This document shows, in pieces, positions 11,183 through 21,950 of a stretch of DNA of 64,000 nucleotides. Both the position numbers and the translations under genes were made by a program. The stretch is from contig JAGIQG010000020.1 of assembly GCA_024679065.1 (NCBI GenBank), forward strand, positions 8,928,001 to 8,992,000, read 5' to 3'. The notes below the pieces were generated by a model. The model made no database searches. It saw only the letters and a program-made list of their open reading frames with translations, and was not told the DNA's origin. This DNA comes from Sphyrna mokarran (taxonomy: Eukaryota). How positions within the stretch are numbered: position 1 is the first letter of the stretch; each line of letters opens with the position of its first letter.

Positions 11183-13829
11183 CTGAAAAGTGGATAAAAC
11201 AAATAAGGTGCGTCCTTAAATCATGAATAGAGTCGGAATCAATGTTTTACACTGTTGAAATCTCTGCAGATTGCACGTCATTTCACAAAGCTGAGGGGAA
11301 ATTAACACAAGGAATCTTCATCAATGTTAACTGTACAACCAAGTCCCGAATAGTACCGAACAATATATATCCTGTGAAGATATCCCTAATTTTTCTGCAA
11401 GACTAGAAACATATGCAATATCTGAAGTGGAAATTGAATCTTAGCGAAAATGAATGCAGAAAATAGCATCAATATGTGCAAAGCAAATGATTGGCACTAG
11501 AATCTTGGAACAAAGTTGAGAGCAAAGATTCCGCCTAAATAAAGTCAGAACATTCGACTCTAAACAATCTACTGCTCAACAAACGGTGAAGATGTTTCCA
11601 CTTGGCAATCCTTTCCATAGAATTGGTAACTTTGGGCTAATATTTGGATTACTGTACATTCACTGCCCTGGCCGTTTTGCACCTTCTTAGCTTGCACCAG
11701 CTTTCTGACCAGTTCCCACACCCATTCCCGCACAGCCCCAACCTGGTCCGACTATAATGTGTAACTCTGCAGAGAACTGGTCCATTTCATTCCAAATAAT
11801 CTTTCTGGAAGATCATTGTCTACGTGTCACAAGTGGAAACTTTTCAACAATTAAAAACAGTTTCCTAGAAATAACGCTGCTCATGTAACCAGTTACATCC
11901 ACGTTATATAACAACAACCCGACAGTCTCAATGTAGAAACAATGCAACCAATGTGACTTGGCCAATAAATTATCCCTCAATCAATATCGCTTCAACGGAT
12001 TAACCGGTAACTGATGTTTGCTCTGCGAAATCGGCTACCGTGTTCCATACAAGCATGGATGACGTGAAAACAAAATGCACACAATTGACTAAAACAGGGT
12101 CGGATGTCCCGAGGTCGTGGTAGGCGCCATGCTGATGCAAGTTCTTCGCATTTATTATTGAACAGAAATATTCGCATGATTAACAATGAATTTTCACCGA
12201 GGATAATATGATTGAAGACAGAATCTCACAATCCGTTGCCTCTTTCACTAACCATTCAGACCAGCCGCATGAAGAACCAGCTTCAATGCCGGACTCTCGG
12301 TAAATTGTTTATTTAGTATAAATCAAAGGAGAAAATGTTGAAACATTACTACTTTTTATTCCAGTTCTACAATTAGATGCCCCAGTAACAATCCATTGCC
12401 GTCCAGAGAATTTCGCCCTGGAACCAATAAGGTTGCCTTACTTTTTTGACACAATATCTGGGAAACTAAACTGGACAGTCGGACATGTGTAGTTAACTTA
12501 TCGGAGTTTTATAACATTCCAGAATTGAACTGAACATCATAATACAGAAATACCTGAAATCCCACGGGACTATTGAGCAATCTTTGCGATCAACGTACAA
12601 CATTGTCTGAGCAAAAATGTATTGACATTAACACTTCTACCAGGGTTGCAGAGTAATAACTGCAAATATGATAGAGTTTTCTCCCTTTTCGATCTCACCT
12701 TTATCACCGTGATACTACCGGGAAACAAAGATCACAATGCGATAGAGCACGCGAATTTTCAATTATACAAATCCTCTCAGGCTAATCACAGAACCAGGAG
12801 TAAGGTTCAATAGAGTGAATAAAAAAGCAGGTACAACAATCTGAAAACCTGATCTGAGGTATGCGCCTACATTTCATCAGGGTGAAAGTTAATGAGTCAG
12901 TAGCATGTTAAGGAAATTAATGTCCTGTCTGTTACGGATGTTTGTTGTTCGGTTATGCCGAAAATGGATGAGTGCTGACTATTATCAGTAGCTGACCGCT
13001 AGAATTTTTATTTTATTCTGGGAGAGGGGAGTGCGGGGATAATGGAGTACTGAGAACCTTTTTTTTCTGAACGGTTTTACTAAGTTTGGAGACGACATTG
13101 AGTTGCAGCAAGTTGTCACATTGACGTTACCAATCCGAGAATGGGGATTTATGTGCAGTATTGCTCTAAGTGGAATGAACTTTTGATTTTGTAATTTAGC
13201 CTTTTAACCGGCGTTATCCATCTAAAAAAAAACTCTGTGAGTTTCTTAGAATCTTGGAGTCCTGGAACACAGAATCAGGCCAAAGGCATTCTTTGAAAAG
13301 AGAGTGTCCTGGGTCAATTTGCTACATATTTGTGTTTTATTTTTAGAATATCTCTCCATTTTACTAAGGCTGTACTCGTCTTATTAATACAGGTAAGATG
13401 TAGCAGTGCGAACAGCCGTTTGGAGAAATAATCTGTCCTATCCCGTCCCTTTCACCCTCTTGCAATGACATTCAGTTGATGTTCGCAGGTTATCGACTGT
13501 CCGGAAGGCGGAAATTTCAGCTGGAAGAATATGGAGCAAATTTCCGCCAGAGCATTCAGGAAGATCCCAGTGAAATATTTCACTCTCCCTGCCTTTTAGT
13601 TAAAACAGGTAATATGGTTTCATCTGAGGGGATTGTCCCCGCATATTGTCCGCAAAATTGGTCGCACTGACTAACTTTTGCACGGCACGTGACACTGGAT
13701 CACCAGCTCTGTCTAAATGTATTTAAATGACAGTAGCCGTGATTTGCTATAATTCAATCTGCCAAGCCAACATGTTTAAAGTTTTTTTTTCCTCAGTGTC
13801 CGGAGTAATGCGGTAAATAATTTACTTAC

Positions 13830-14171
13830 TGGCCAGATTCAGTTTGGTTCCTCTCCCGAAGGTGGATATTCCGCTACTCGCTACACAACAGTAATAATCG
13901 GCGGCGTCCTCCGATTGAACGTTGGTGATGGTTAAATGCATCTTGTTACTCGATGAATCCACAGGCCCAGCGAATCGATCTGGAATATCCGTAGCTGTAC
14001 CAATGCTCTGGTGCCAAACAAACACAGGGGCGCTGCGAGGTTTCTGCCAGTACCAGCTCGTGTAGTAGCTGCCAATGCTGCCTCCGGATAGGGTACAGGT
14101 GATCTTGACAGTCTTTCCCGGGGACGTTGAAATGGATCCTGGCTGGGTCAGGACAATATCTCCGATGGCAC
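13830..14171 (-). CDS. IGLV: Germline-joined VJ exon, Ig lambda cluster 1
   Basis: Acceptor tttcaccag, then AIGDIVLTQPGSISTSPGKTVKITCTLSGGSIGSYYTSWYWQKPRSAPVFVWHQSIGTATDIPDRFAGPVDSSSNKMHLTITNVQSEDAADYYCCVASSGISTFGRGTKLNLA, then donor GTAAGT. 342 bp, in frame, with no RSS between V and J. Confidence 0.95.
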
Positions 14172-14306
14172 CTGGTGAAATAAGTTATTGACCGATCAGG
14201 CTCTACAATTGTGAATATCATTTGCAATTCAGCTCCATTAAAGCCAAGCATAGACAATAAGTGCAGTAAAAACAGCAACGAGAGTGAAAGTCAACGTAAG
14301 ACCTAC

Positions 14307-14349
14307 TGTGGAGACAGAGCATTAGTGCGGCAAGAACTCGAACAATCAT
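14307..14349 (-). CDS. Leader exon, Ig lambda cluster 1
   Basis: MIVRVLAALMLCLH plus one base, then donor GTAGGT; a phase-1 intron joins it in frame to the VJ exon. Confidence 0.9.
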
Positions 14350-14470
14350 GGTGAAGATCCTAATGAGGGTCAGACTGAAATATTTCCTGACACACTGCGT
14401 TGCTGAGCTCTTTCTAAAGCCCTCCTTAAGAAGCTTTAACATTGACAACGTCATTGAATATTAAATATGT

Positions 14471-14536
14471 ATGCAAAACCCCATTACCTAAAGCGGGCAA
14501 TAGGATTTCGTTGCCTGAGTTGATTGCTATTTGTAT
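14471..14536 (-). promoter_or_regulatory. Ig promoter octamer variants, cluster 1
   Basis: ATGCAAAA at 14471-14478 (TTTTGCAT on the gene strand) and ATTTGTAT at 14529-14536, each 7/8 to the Ig octamer. Both are positionally conserved in cluster 2. Confidence 0.6.
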
Positions 14537-14842
14537 AGGCGTGTGTCGGCTATTTTAGAAAGAGCAAAACAAAATGTCAAAACAGATTTTTGAATAAAGG
14601 AATACCAGAAAAATGAAATGGCGAGTGAAACATGGGTGACTGGGTGACCAGCATAACTGGGCTTTAAAATTGAGCTGAGCTGGATAATAAAGCGGAAAAA
14701 CTGGGGAGCAGTAAATTGATTTGTGGTAGTATGATTCCCCGGAAACTCGAATTGGAAAAGCAGCGTACCAGTTGAGTTTGAGTAGAGCGAGAAATTAAAG
14801 AGATTAAGCTGTGGCCTTATTGACAACACATGCAGATAAATG

Positions 14843-15300
14843 AGTGGATGGATGGATGAACGAACAAAGGGACAGAGCGACAAACAGATAGATAGACAGT
14901 GCGACAAACAGATAGATAGATAGACAAAGCGACAAACAGATAGAAAGATAGAGCGACAAACAGATAGATAGACAGGCAGAGCGATAAATAGATAGATAGA
15001 CAAAGCGAAAAACAGATAGATAGATAGAGAGACGAACAGATAGATAGATAGACAGTGCGACAAACAGATAGATAGATAGACAAAGCGACAAACAGATAGA
15101 TAGATAAAGCGACAAAAAGATAGATAGATAGACAGAGCGGCGAATAGATAGATAGACAAACAGACAACAAAAAAGAAAGAAACAAGAAAGAAAGAGACAC
15201 ATAGGTAGGTAGTTAGGTAGAAATACACACAGACATATAGATAGGTAGATAGAGAGAGACAGACAGACGGAAGGAGACAGGCAAACAGATAATGAAGGAT
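14843..15300. repeat. Compound (GATA/GACA)n microsatellite/minisatellite
   Basis: Repeated GATAGATAGACAAAGCGACAAACA units; these account for the low-complexity ORFs 14527..15468, 14804..15319 and 14817..15200. Confidence 0.95.
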
Positions 15301-15669
15301 AGAAAACGTACAGAAACATTTTATGTAAATTGCGCCTTGAGATGTTAGTGAACTGACAGGCACGGGGAACCTTGGTGAATTAAATGTTCTGAGAAAAGTA
15401 TGGATGATGAAATGAAGTCTTTTGCAAGAAGTTTTATTAATGACCCTGCGAGGGAAACTTATTGCCAAAGAAGATCTATTGCGTCAAAACTTTGAAGAAT
15501 GAATGGTGAATAAGTCAAATAAAGTAGTTGTTAATTAAAATTGTGATAGCTATGGAAAGTTCAAGATTAAGCATGGATTTGCGACCTTATCGTAGAAAAT
15601 AATACACCAAATTCCATTTGTACCTAGTTTAAAAATAGAGCCTAAAATTCACAGCAAATACATAAATAT

Positions 15670-15975
15670 TCATAGAATCATAAAATCGCTGCAGAAGCAG
15701 GCCGCGGCCTATCAAGCCTGCATCGACAACAATCCCCCAGGTCCGTAACCTCACTCACTTACTCCACCAATTCCTTGACACAATGGGGCAATTCAGCATG
15801 GCCAATTAACCTAACCTGCACATCTTTAGCTTGTGGGAAGAAACTGGAGCATCCGGGGGAATCCACCAACCAAACACGGGGAGATCCTGCAAACTCCAGA
15901 CAGCCACTGGATTTGAGTCCGGGTCGTCGGAGCTGTGAGGCGGCAGGGCTAAAACCTGTGCCACCGTGTCACCCT
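15670..15975 (-). mobile_element. HE1/V-SINE-like element
   Basis: Reverse-oriented tRNA-like head (...ctgtgccaccgtg) with a catagaatcat tail; a paralogous insertion is at about 32265-32595. Confidence 0.65.
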
Positions 15976-17169
15976 TAAAAACAATTAACTAATAATAGTT
16001 AATGATGCCATAACCTTTTGTTTTTCGCTAGATGAGTTCGGGGCTGATAGCTTTAGTTTGCATGGATACCTCGTTTCAGGACAATGCCAAAGGGTTCGAT
16101 TCCCCTTCCGACTGTGGTGGATTCGGGACCTGCCATCTTCCCCTGCGCCCTAGAGTGAAGACAATGGCAAACTACCACTGACAAAACCTGCCATGAAAAT
16201 GGCTCAGACGAAAGCAAAGACCAGCGGAGAATTGGCCAAGATTCTGCCTTCGGCAGAGGACAGATGGAAAACTGAACAGGGGAAGTGCCGGAGCACTGGG
16301 AAATAGCAAATGTTCCAGCCCTGTTCAAGAATAGGTGTAAGGAAAGTCTTAATATATATGGATCGGACAATTGGTAAATAAGACTTCAGAAAGGCAGACG
16401 ATCCAAGATAATTGAGTTTATTGAAGTGAGCCAGTGCAGGGATGTGAAAAACAAGTTGCTTTTGACTAATAAAATTGCATTTTCTAAGGAAGTAGCAAAA
16501 TGTTTGGTGAAGGGAATGCAATGGATGCTGTTTATATAGATTTTAAGAAATCCTTTAGCAAATCCCACATAAAAGCTTGTTTGATAAAATCCAGAATTAG
16601 TTAGTTAGGGTTAGTTTCAAGCTGAACTCGTAAAAAATGCCTTGAGGACAGAAAGCATTAACTTGTACTTCTTTTAGAATGGGCATGAAAAACATTGGTT
16701 TTCCCAGCTGTCAGTGCTGAGAAAGTTGATCACGATATAAAACATCCAGGTACGGCAAGCAGTGAGGATGATAACTACTGGCTGCCACAATGCATAAATA
16801 ACGAGAAGAATTCACAGACAAGAGACAGATGAAATTTAATGCAGATGGGTTGGCTGGTGAGTTTTGCCAGAAGGCATAGAGCGAGTCAATATATTTTTAT
16901 TTTCATTTCAATAATGGATTCTGGACATCGTGACCTCGATCAGTATTTATTGCTCAACCCTAATTGCCCTTGAGAATGCTGTGTATTTATACATGATTTT
17001 TTATATACTGGAATTGCGCAGTTCTAAATGTGTGCAGGGCTAGACAGACCTGAGTGACCCGTGCATGGGTCTTTAAAGGTAACCGAACATACTGAGAGAT
17101 GCACTGTTGCTTTTTCTTTCGTGGAATGTGAACATGGTTTTAAATCCAGCATTTATTGTTATAAGAAAA

Positions 17170-18745
17170 TCAGAAAATAAGAACTAGGAGAAGAGTAAGC
17201 CGTCTGCCTCCTTGAGCCTGCTCCTCCATTCAATAAGATCTTGGTTGATCTTTTCGTGGACTCAGCTCCAACTACCCACCCACTCACCATAACCCTAGTT
17301 TCTTTAATGTTCAAAAATCTATCTATTCTTGCCTTAAAAACATTTAACGAGGTAGTCTCAACTGCTTCACTAGGCAGTGAATTACGCAGCTTCACAACTC
17401 TATGGGTGAAGAAGTTCCTCCTCAACTCTGAATCTGTCCCCCTTTATTTTGAGGCCATGCCCCTAGTTCTAGTTTCATCAGCCAGTGGGAACAACCCCCC
17501 TGCCTCTATCTTACCGATTTCCTTCATAATCTTACATGTTTCTATAAGACCTCTCCTCATTCTTCTGAATTCCAATAACCATAGTCCCAGTTTAGTCAGT
17601 CTCTCCTCATATGGTCCTAACTCCAAAATAAACTTCTTGAATCTCCTTTGCAACCCCTCCAATGCCATTATATCCTGTCTCATGTAAGGCGACCAAACTG
17701 TACACAGTACTCCCCTGTGGTCTCACCAACACCTTATACAGCTGTAAAATAAGTCAATATTGTTAAACTCCAACCCTCTGGCAATGAAGGACAAAATACA
17801 ATTTGCCCTCTTTATTACTTGCTGCACCCGCAAACCACTTTTTTGTGATCCATGCACATGGACTCTCGAGTCCCTCTGCACAACGGCATGCTGCAATTTT
17901 TTCCGTTTAAATACTAGTCCATTTTGCTGTTATTTTTACCAAAATGGATAATCTCACATTTACCAACATTCAATGCCCACTCACTTAGACTATCTGTAGC
18001 CCTTTGCAGACTTTCGGTGTCTTCTGCACACTTTGTTTTACCACTCATCTTAGTGTCATATGCGAATTCTGATACACAGCATTTGGCCCTCAACTCCAAA
18101 TCGTCTATATAAATTATAAACAACTGCGGTCCCAACACTGATCCTTGAGGCACGCCACTAGTCACTGATTGTGAACCAGAAAGACACCCATTTATCTACA
18201 CACGTTGCTTTCTGTTAGTTAACCAATTTTCTATCCATGCTAATACATTACCCGTAACATCGTGCAGCAACATTTAGTGCGATTCCTTATCAAATGCCTT
18301 CTGGATATTTTATCTGATTTATTATTATCACATCTATTAGCACACAGTGGAAAGTACATATACCATATCCACAGCTTCCCCACTGCAACGTTCTCAAAGA
18401 ATTCTATCAAATTAACCAAACTGTGACTTGTTGTGCCTTCCCAATGGAGCAATTCATATCCAAATTATTATTTCTTCCTTGATGATAGATTCAAGCATTT
18501 TCCCTACTATAGAAGTTATGCTAACCGGCCTACAGTTACCCGCCTTTTATCTACATCGTTTTTTAAACACTGGCGTCACATTGACTATTTTCCAATATGC
18601 GCGAACTATGCCAGAATCCAGCGAATTTTGATAATTTAGCCCTAGTGCATTTGCTATTTCCCCCGCCATCTCTTTTAGTACCCAGGGATGCATTCCATCA
18701 GGGTCAGGAGATTCATCTACCTTTAGCCCCATTAGCTTGCCCAAT
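17170..18745 (-). mobile_element. CR1-like LINE fragment
   Basis: Minus-strand ORFs: GLKVDESPDPDGMHPWVLKE, TSGVPQGSVLGPQLFIIYIDDL, ALEGLQRRF, RRNFFTHRVVKLRNSLP. Confidence 0.9.
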
Positions 18746-20707
18746 AGTACTACTTAAGTGATAGTGATAGTTATATAGTAGTGATAATGATAGTTGCCAC
18801 AACATTATTGTCATATGTTTTTGGCATGTATTTGTCAATGCCTGGAAAAGCATATGGAGCAGTTGATTTCACAAACAAATGTATTGAGTTTAAAATTAGG
18901 GAAGGTATGCTGAAGCTTTATATATTTCTAGTTAGGCCAGAACTAAGATGCTGCATCCAAATTCAGGAAGGATATGAAGATCCTTAAGAAGGTGCAGAGA
19001 TTGGCCAGGATAGTTCTAGGAAACTTAGGTACAAGATTAAGTAGGAGAGCTCAGGCGCTTCAGTTGGAAAAAGGAGGAACTTGGTGAAAGTGCACAAGAT
19101 AACGGCAGTTTTCCATAAAGTGGAGGAGACAGAAAAGCAGTTCCAATTTTCTGGTGGTACAATGAGCAACAGACACAGATTTTAGGGATTTAAGCAAAAA
19201 GTACAGGGAATGTCTGAGGGAGGCTTTTTGTGATATGAGCACGAGAGTGCGAGGAGCAGGGACTATCAATGATTACAAAAGAAAAGAAGATATGCACCTC
19301 ATGGAAACACACTTGCAGGGCTACGGAATAAAGTAAGAGAATGTGACTGGCTGCGATGGGATATACTTGATGGGCTGAATAGCCACATCTACTGTAATGA
19401 TTATATAACTGTGATATTCTAACAGTTTATCACACAACTATTTGCGCCTATGAAGAATTGCAAGCAGTAATATTTGCATTGTCCTGTCCAAAGGCGCAGA
19501 AAAGAATCAGAAATAATCGCATTTCGAAGCCTGACCATTCTGGTCGCGGATTATCAACACAGTAATCGTGCATAAAATATAGTAGAGGGGGAGTCAATCT
19601 GACCACCCCTCAGATGCCAAAGTAACTGCAGAATTATGCTCATTGACCATAGCCCTACATATTTTCTATCTGGATGTACTTACATAATATCCTGTTTTAT
19701 TTATTATTGAATAGTATTTCATCAATCAGTCTGCTATTGCAATGTAGATCTTAAATTGGGTCTGCCTTGGATTACCAATCCCCGCTCCCCACCCCCTTAC
19801 CTCCACCCCCTTCCCCACCTACTGCCCTTTCAGTTTGTATTAACAATTACTTCAAATATTTAGACTCGAATTTTCTGCCTCTGGAAATATTTTATCCCCA
19901 TTTACTCCATCAAACTCAATCAAGAAGACTTCAAGCCAATCTCTTCTCAACCACATTTGCTCTAAACAAAACATCCAGATGTTATGTAATCACTTTGTTT
20001 TTCACGCTTTTTCGAATGAATTAGTCGTCATGGACCCCGACTAAATTAGTCTAATACCCAATGCTCACAATATGAAGATACTGCATTCAGATTATTTAAT
20101 AATGCTTTTAAAGAGTAAGATATCCACCTACAAATATCAGCGAGATGGCAGTATCTGCTTTTCAATGCCTGCCCTTGGGAGTCCGCACAGAACAGGAGCA
20201 TGGGGAGAGTAAAGAACGGAGGGAGAAAAGCGTGGAGTGAGCAAACACAGGAGCATGTCGATAAAATGAGATTGGTGAGTGAACCCGAGAAGAGTCCGAT
20301 CACAAGGGAAGCCGAACACGGCGAAGACAAGAGAGGAATCGAGAGAGAGAAGGAACACGATGCCGCAAACAGAACCTGCGATCTCCCCTAACCTGCTCAC
20401 TCTCGAAAAGCGTGCCTGGGCCGTTGCCCATCTGGAAGGCTGGGCTAGTGTTGCACGCCGCGGGGAAAGCTCTCTGCGGACGCTCGGGGATTATGTTGCT
20501 GGCGTTTTGCAGGCCAAACCTAAGCAACAAGAATGATAGCTGAGAGCAATGTAAGAAATACCAAATGGTTTATGTGAACAATTATGGCGACTATGAAGAC
20601 CAATGTTATGAAGTTAACATTTTGAATAAAAGTGATATATTTAAAGTTGTTTTTATTGATGAAGTGTCAAATCACATCGCTGCTCACCAAGAATATGTGG
20701 TGCAACA

Positions 20708-20721
20708 CTGCCATCTACTGG
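20708..20721 (-). promoter_or_regulatory. CTCF-consensus motif (paralog of 1827-1840)
   Basis: Minus strand CCAGTAGATGGCAG fits CCASYAGRKGGCRS. Confidence 0.55.
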
Positions 20722-20929
20722 TGTAATAACATATGACACAGCGATTATATAGCTGCCTATTGGTGCAATATTTTATGACACAGAGGTGACACTTGGAACC
20801 AAACAGTTCGAAGTAAATCATTTGCTGTTTTTTGAACTTGTGACTTCAAGATTGAGATCTATCTGCTGGAGTCTAAAGTCATACCTGACCAACGGACAAC
20901 TGCTCCAATGTCATCAACTGGCAGGCATA

Positions 20930-21950
20930 AATGAATCATTTTCTGATTGGCAGGATGTGACGAATAGAGGCCACAGGTGCCTGTGCTGGGGTTTCAGCAT
21001 TTTGCAATTTATATCAATGACTTAGATGGGGAGGTGAAACTCAGTAGCTAAGTTTACAGATAACACAATGACAGGTAAGAAAGTAGATTGTGAAGCGAAC
21101 GTAAGCAGGTTGCAGACGACATGGATAGGTTGCGTATGTTGACAAAAATTTAGCACATGGAGTCTAATGTAGGAAAGTGTGAATTTGCTCACTTAAACAG
21201 GAATTCTTTTTTTAAATGATCATTGCATAAATAAAAAAATCTGCATAATTCAGAGCTTAGTGGGATATAAATTTTTAATGCCTGAGTGACAAATATTAGT
21301 CTGCAGACACAGAAAGTAACTAACATGATTAAGGGAATTAGATCCTTTATTATAAAGGGAATTGAACACAAAAATGAAGATGTTATGCTTCAATTATACA
21401 GGGCATCAAGTGAGAGCCAATCTCGAATACTGTGTGTAGTGTTGGTCTTCTTGTTTAAGGAAGGATGTAAATGCATTGGGGTAAGTTGGGATCAGGTTTA
21501 GTAGATTGACATGTAGATAGAGCGGGAGGTCTTACAAAGAAAGGATTGACAGACTGGCTTCTTTCCGTGGGATTTAGAAGGGTGAGAGGTGATTTGATTG
21601 AAGAATATGAGATCCTGAATGATCTTGACAGAGTGGACTTGGGAAGGATGTTCCCTCTTGTGGTTGAGTCCATAACAAGGGACGCTGCTTTCACACTAGA
21701 ACAATGGTGAGAATATTTTTTTTAATCTCTGAAAGTTTTGTGCAACTTTGGAACGATTTTCATTAGAGGGTGGTAAAGGCGAGATCGTTGAATATTTTAA
21801 AACAGGTAAGTTCTTGCTATGTAAGAAATTCGGAGGTGATCGGGTATAGATGGAAATTTAGAAGTCGAAAGAAAGCAATCAGCCATAATCTTATCAAATA
21901 GTGGAACAGCTTCGAGGGGCGGAATGGCCTACTTCCGCTCCTATTTTGTA
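20930..21950 (+). mobile_element. Degenerate CR1-like LINE
   Basis: Remnants FSDWQDVT, KFTDNT and KGIEHKNEDVMLQLYRA, with a CR1-type 3' end. Confidence 0.7.

Larger units (their letters stand above)
1..18870. repeat. Tandem segmental duplication, unit A (contains IgL cluster 1)
   Basis: Blocks align by eye to unit B: 1-2090 with 18875-20960, 7470-8270 with 23220-24060, and 9057-18745 with 26020-35780. Confidence 0.85.

Noticed and set aside
13628-13640. NF-kB-like palindrome GGGGATTGTCCCC in the J-C intron
   Set aside because: Imperfect match and not conserved at the paralogous position in cluster 2.
13880-13925. Cryptic RSS at the end of the joined V (CACAACA on the plus strand) allowing V replacement
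   Set aside because: Only 4/7 heptamer match, with no nonamer-like sequence at 12 or 23 bp spacing.
13830-14171. Somatic rearrangement captured in the assembly as the explanation for joined VJ
   Set aside because: Both tandem paralogs share the same junction length, and one is a decayed pseudogene, so the join predates the duplication and is germline.
14527-15468. Long ORFs of 313, 171 and 127 aa that look hydrophobic
   Set aside because: They are translations of the GATA/GACA microsatellite (LSIY/SVCR repeats), not genes.
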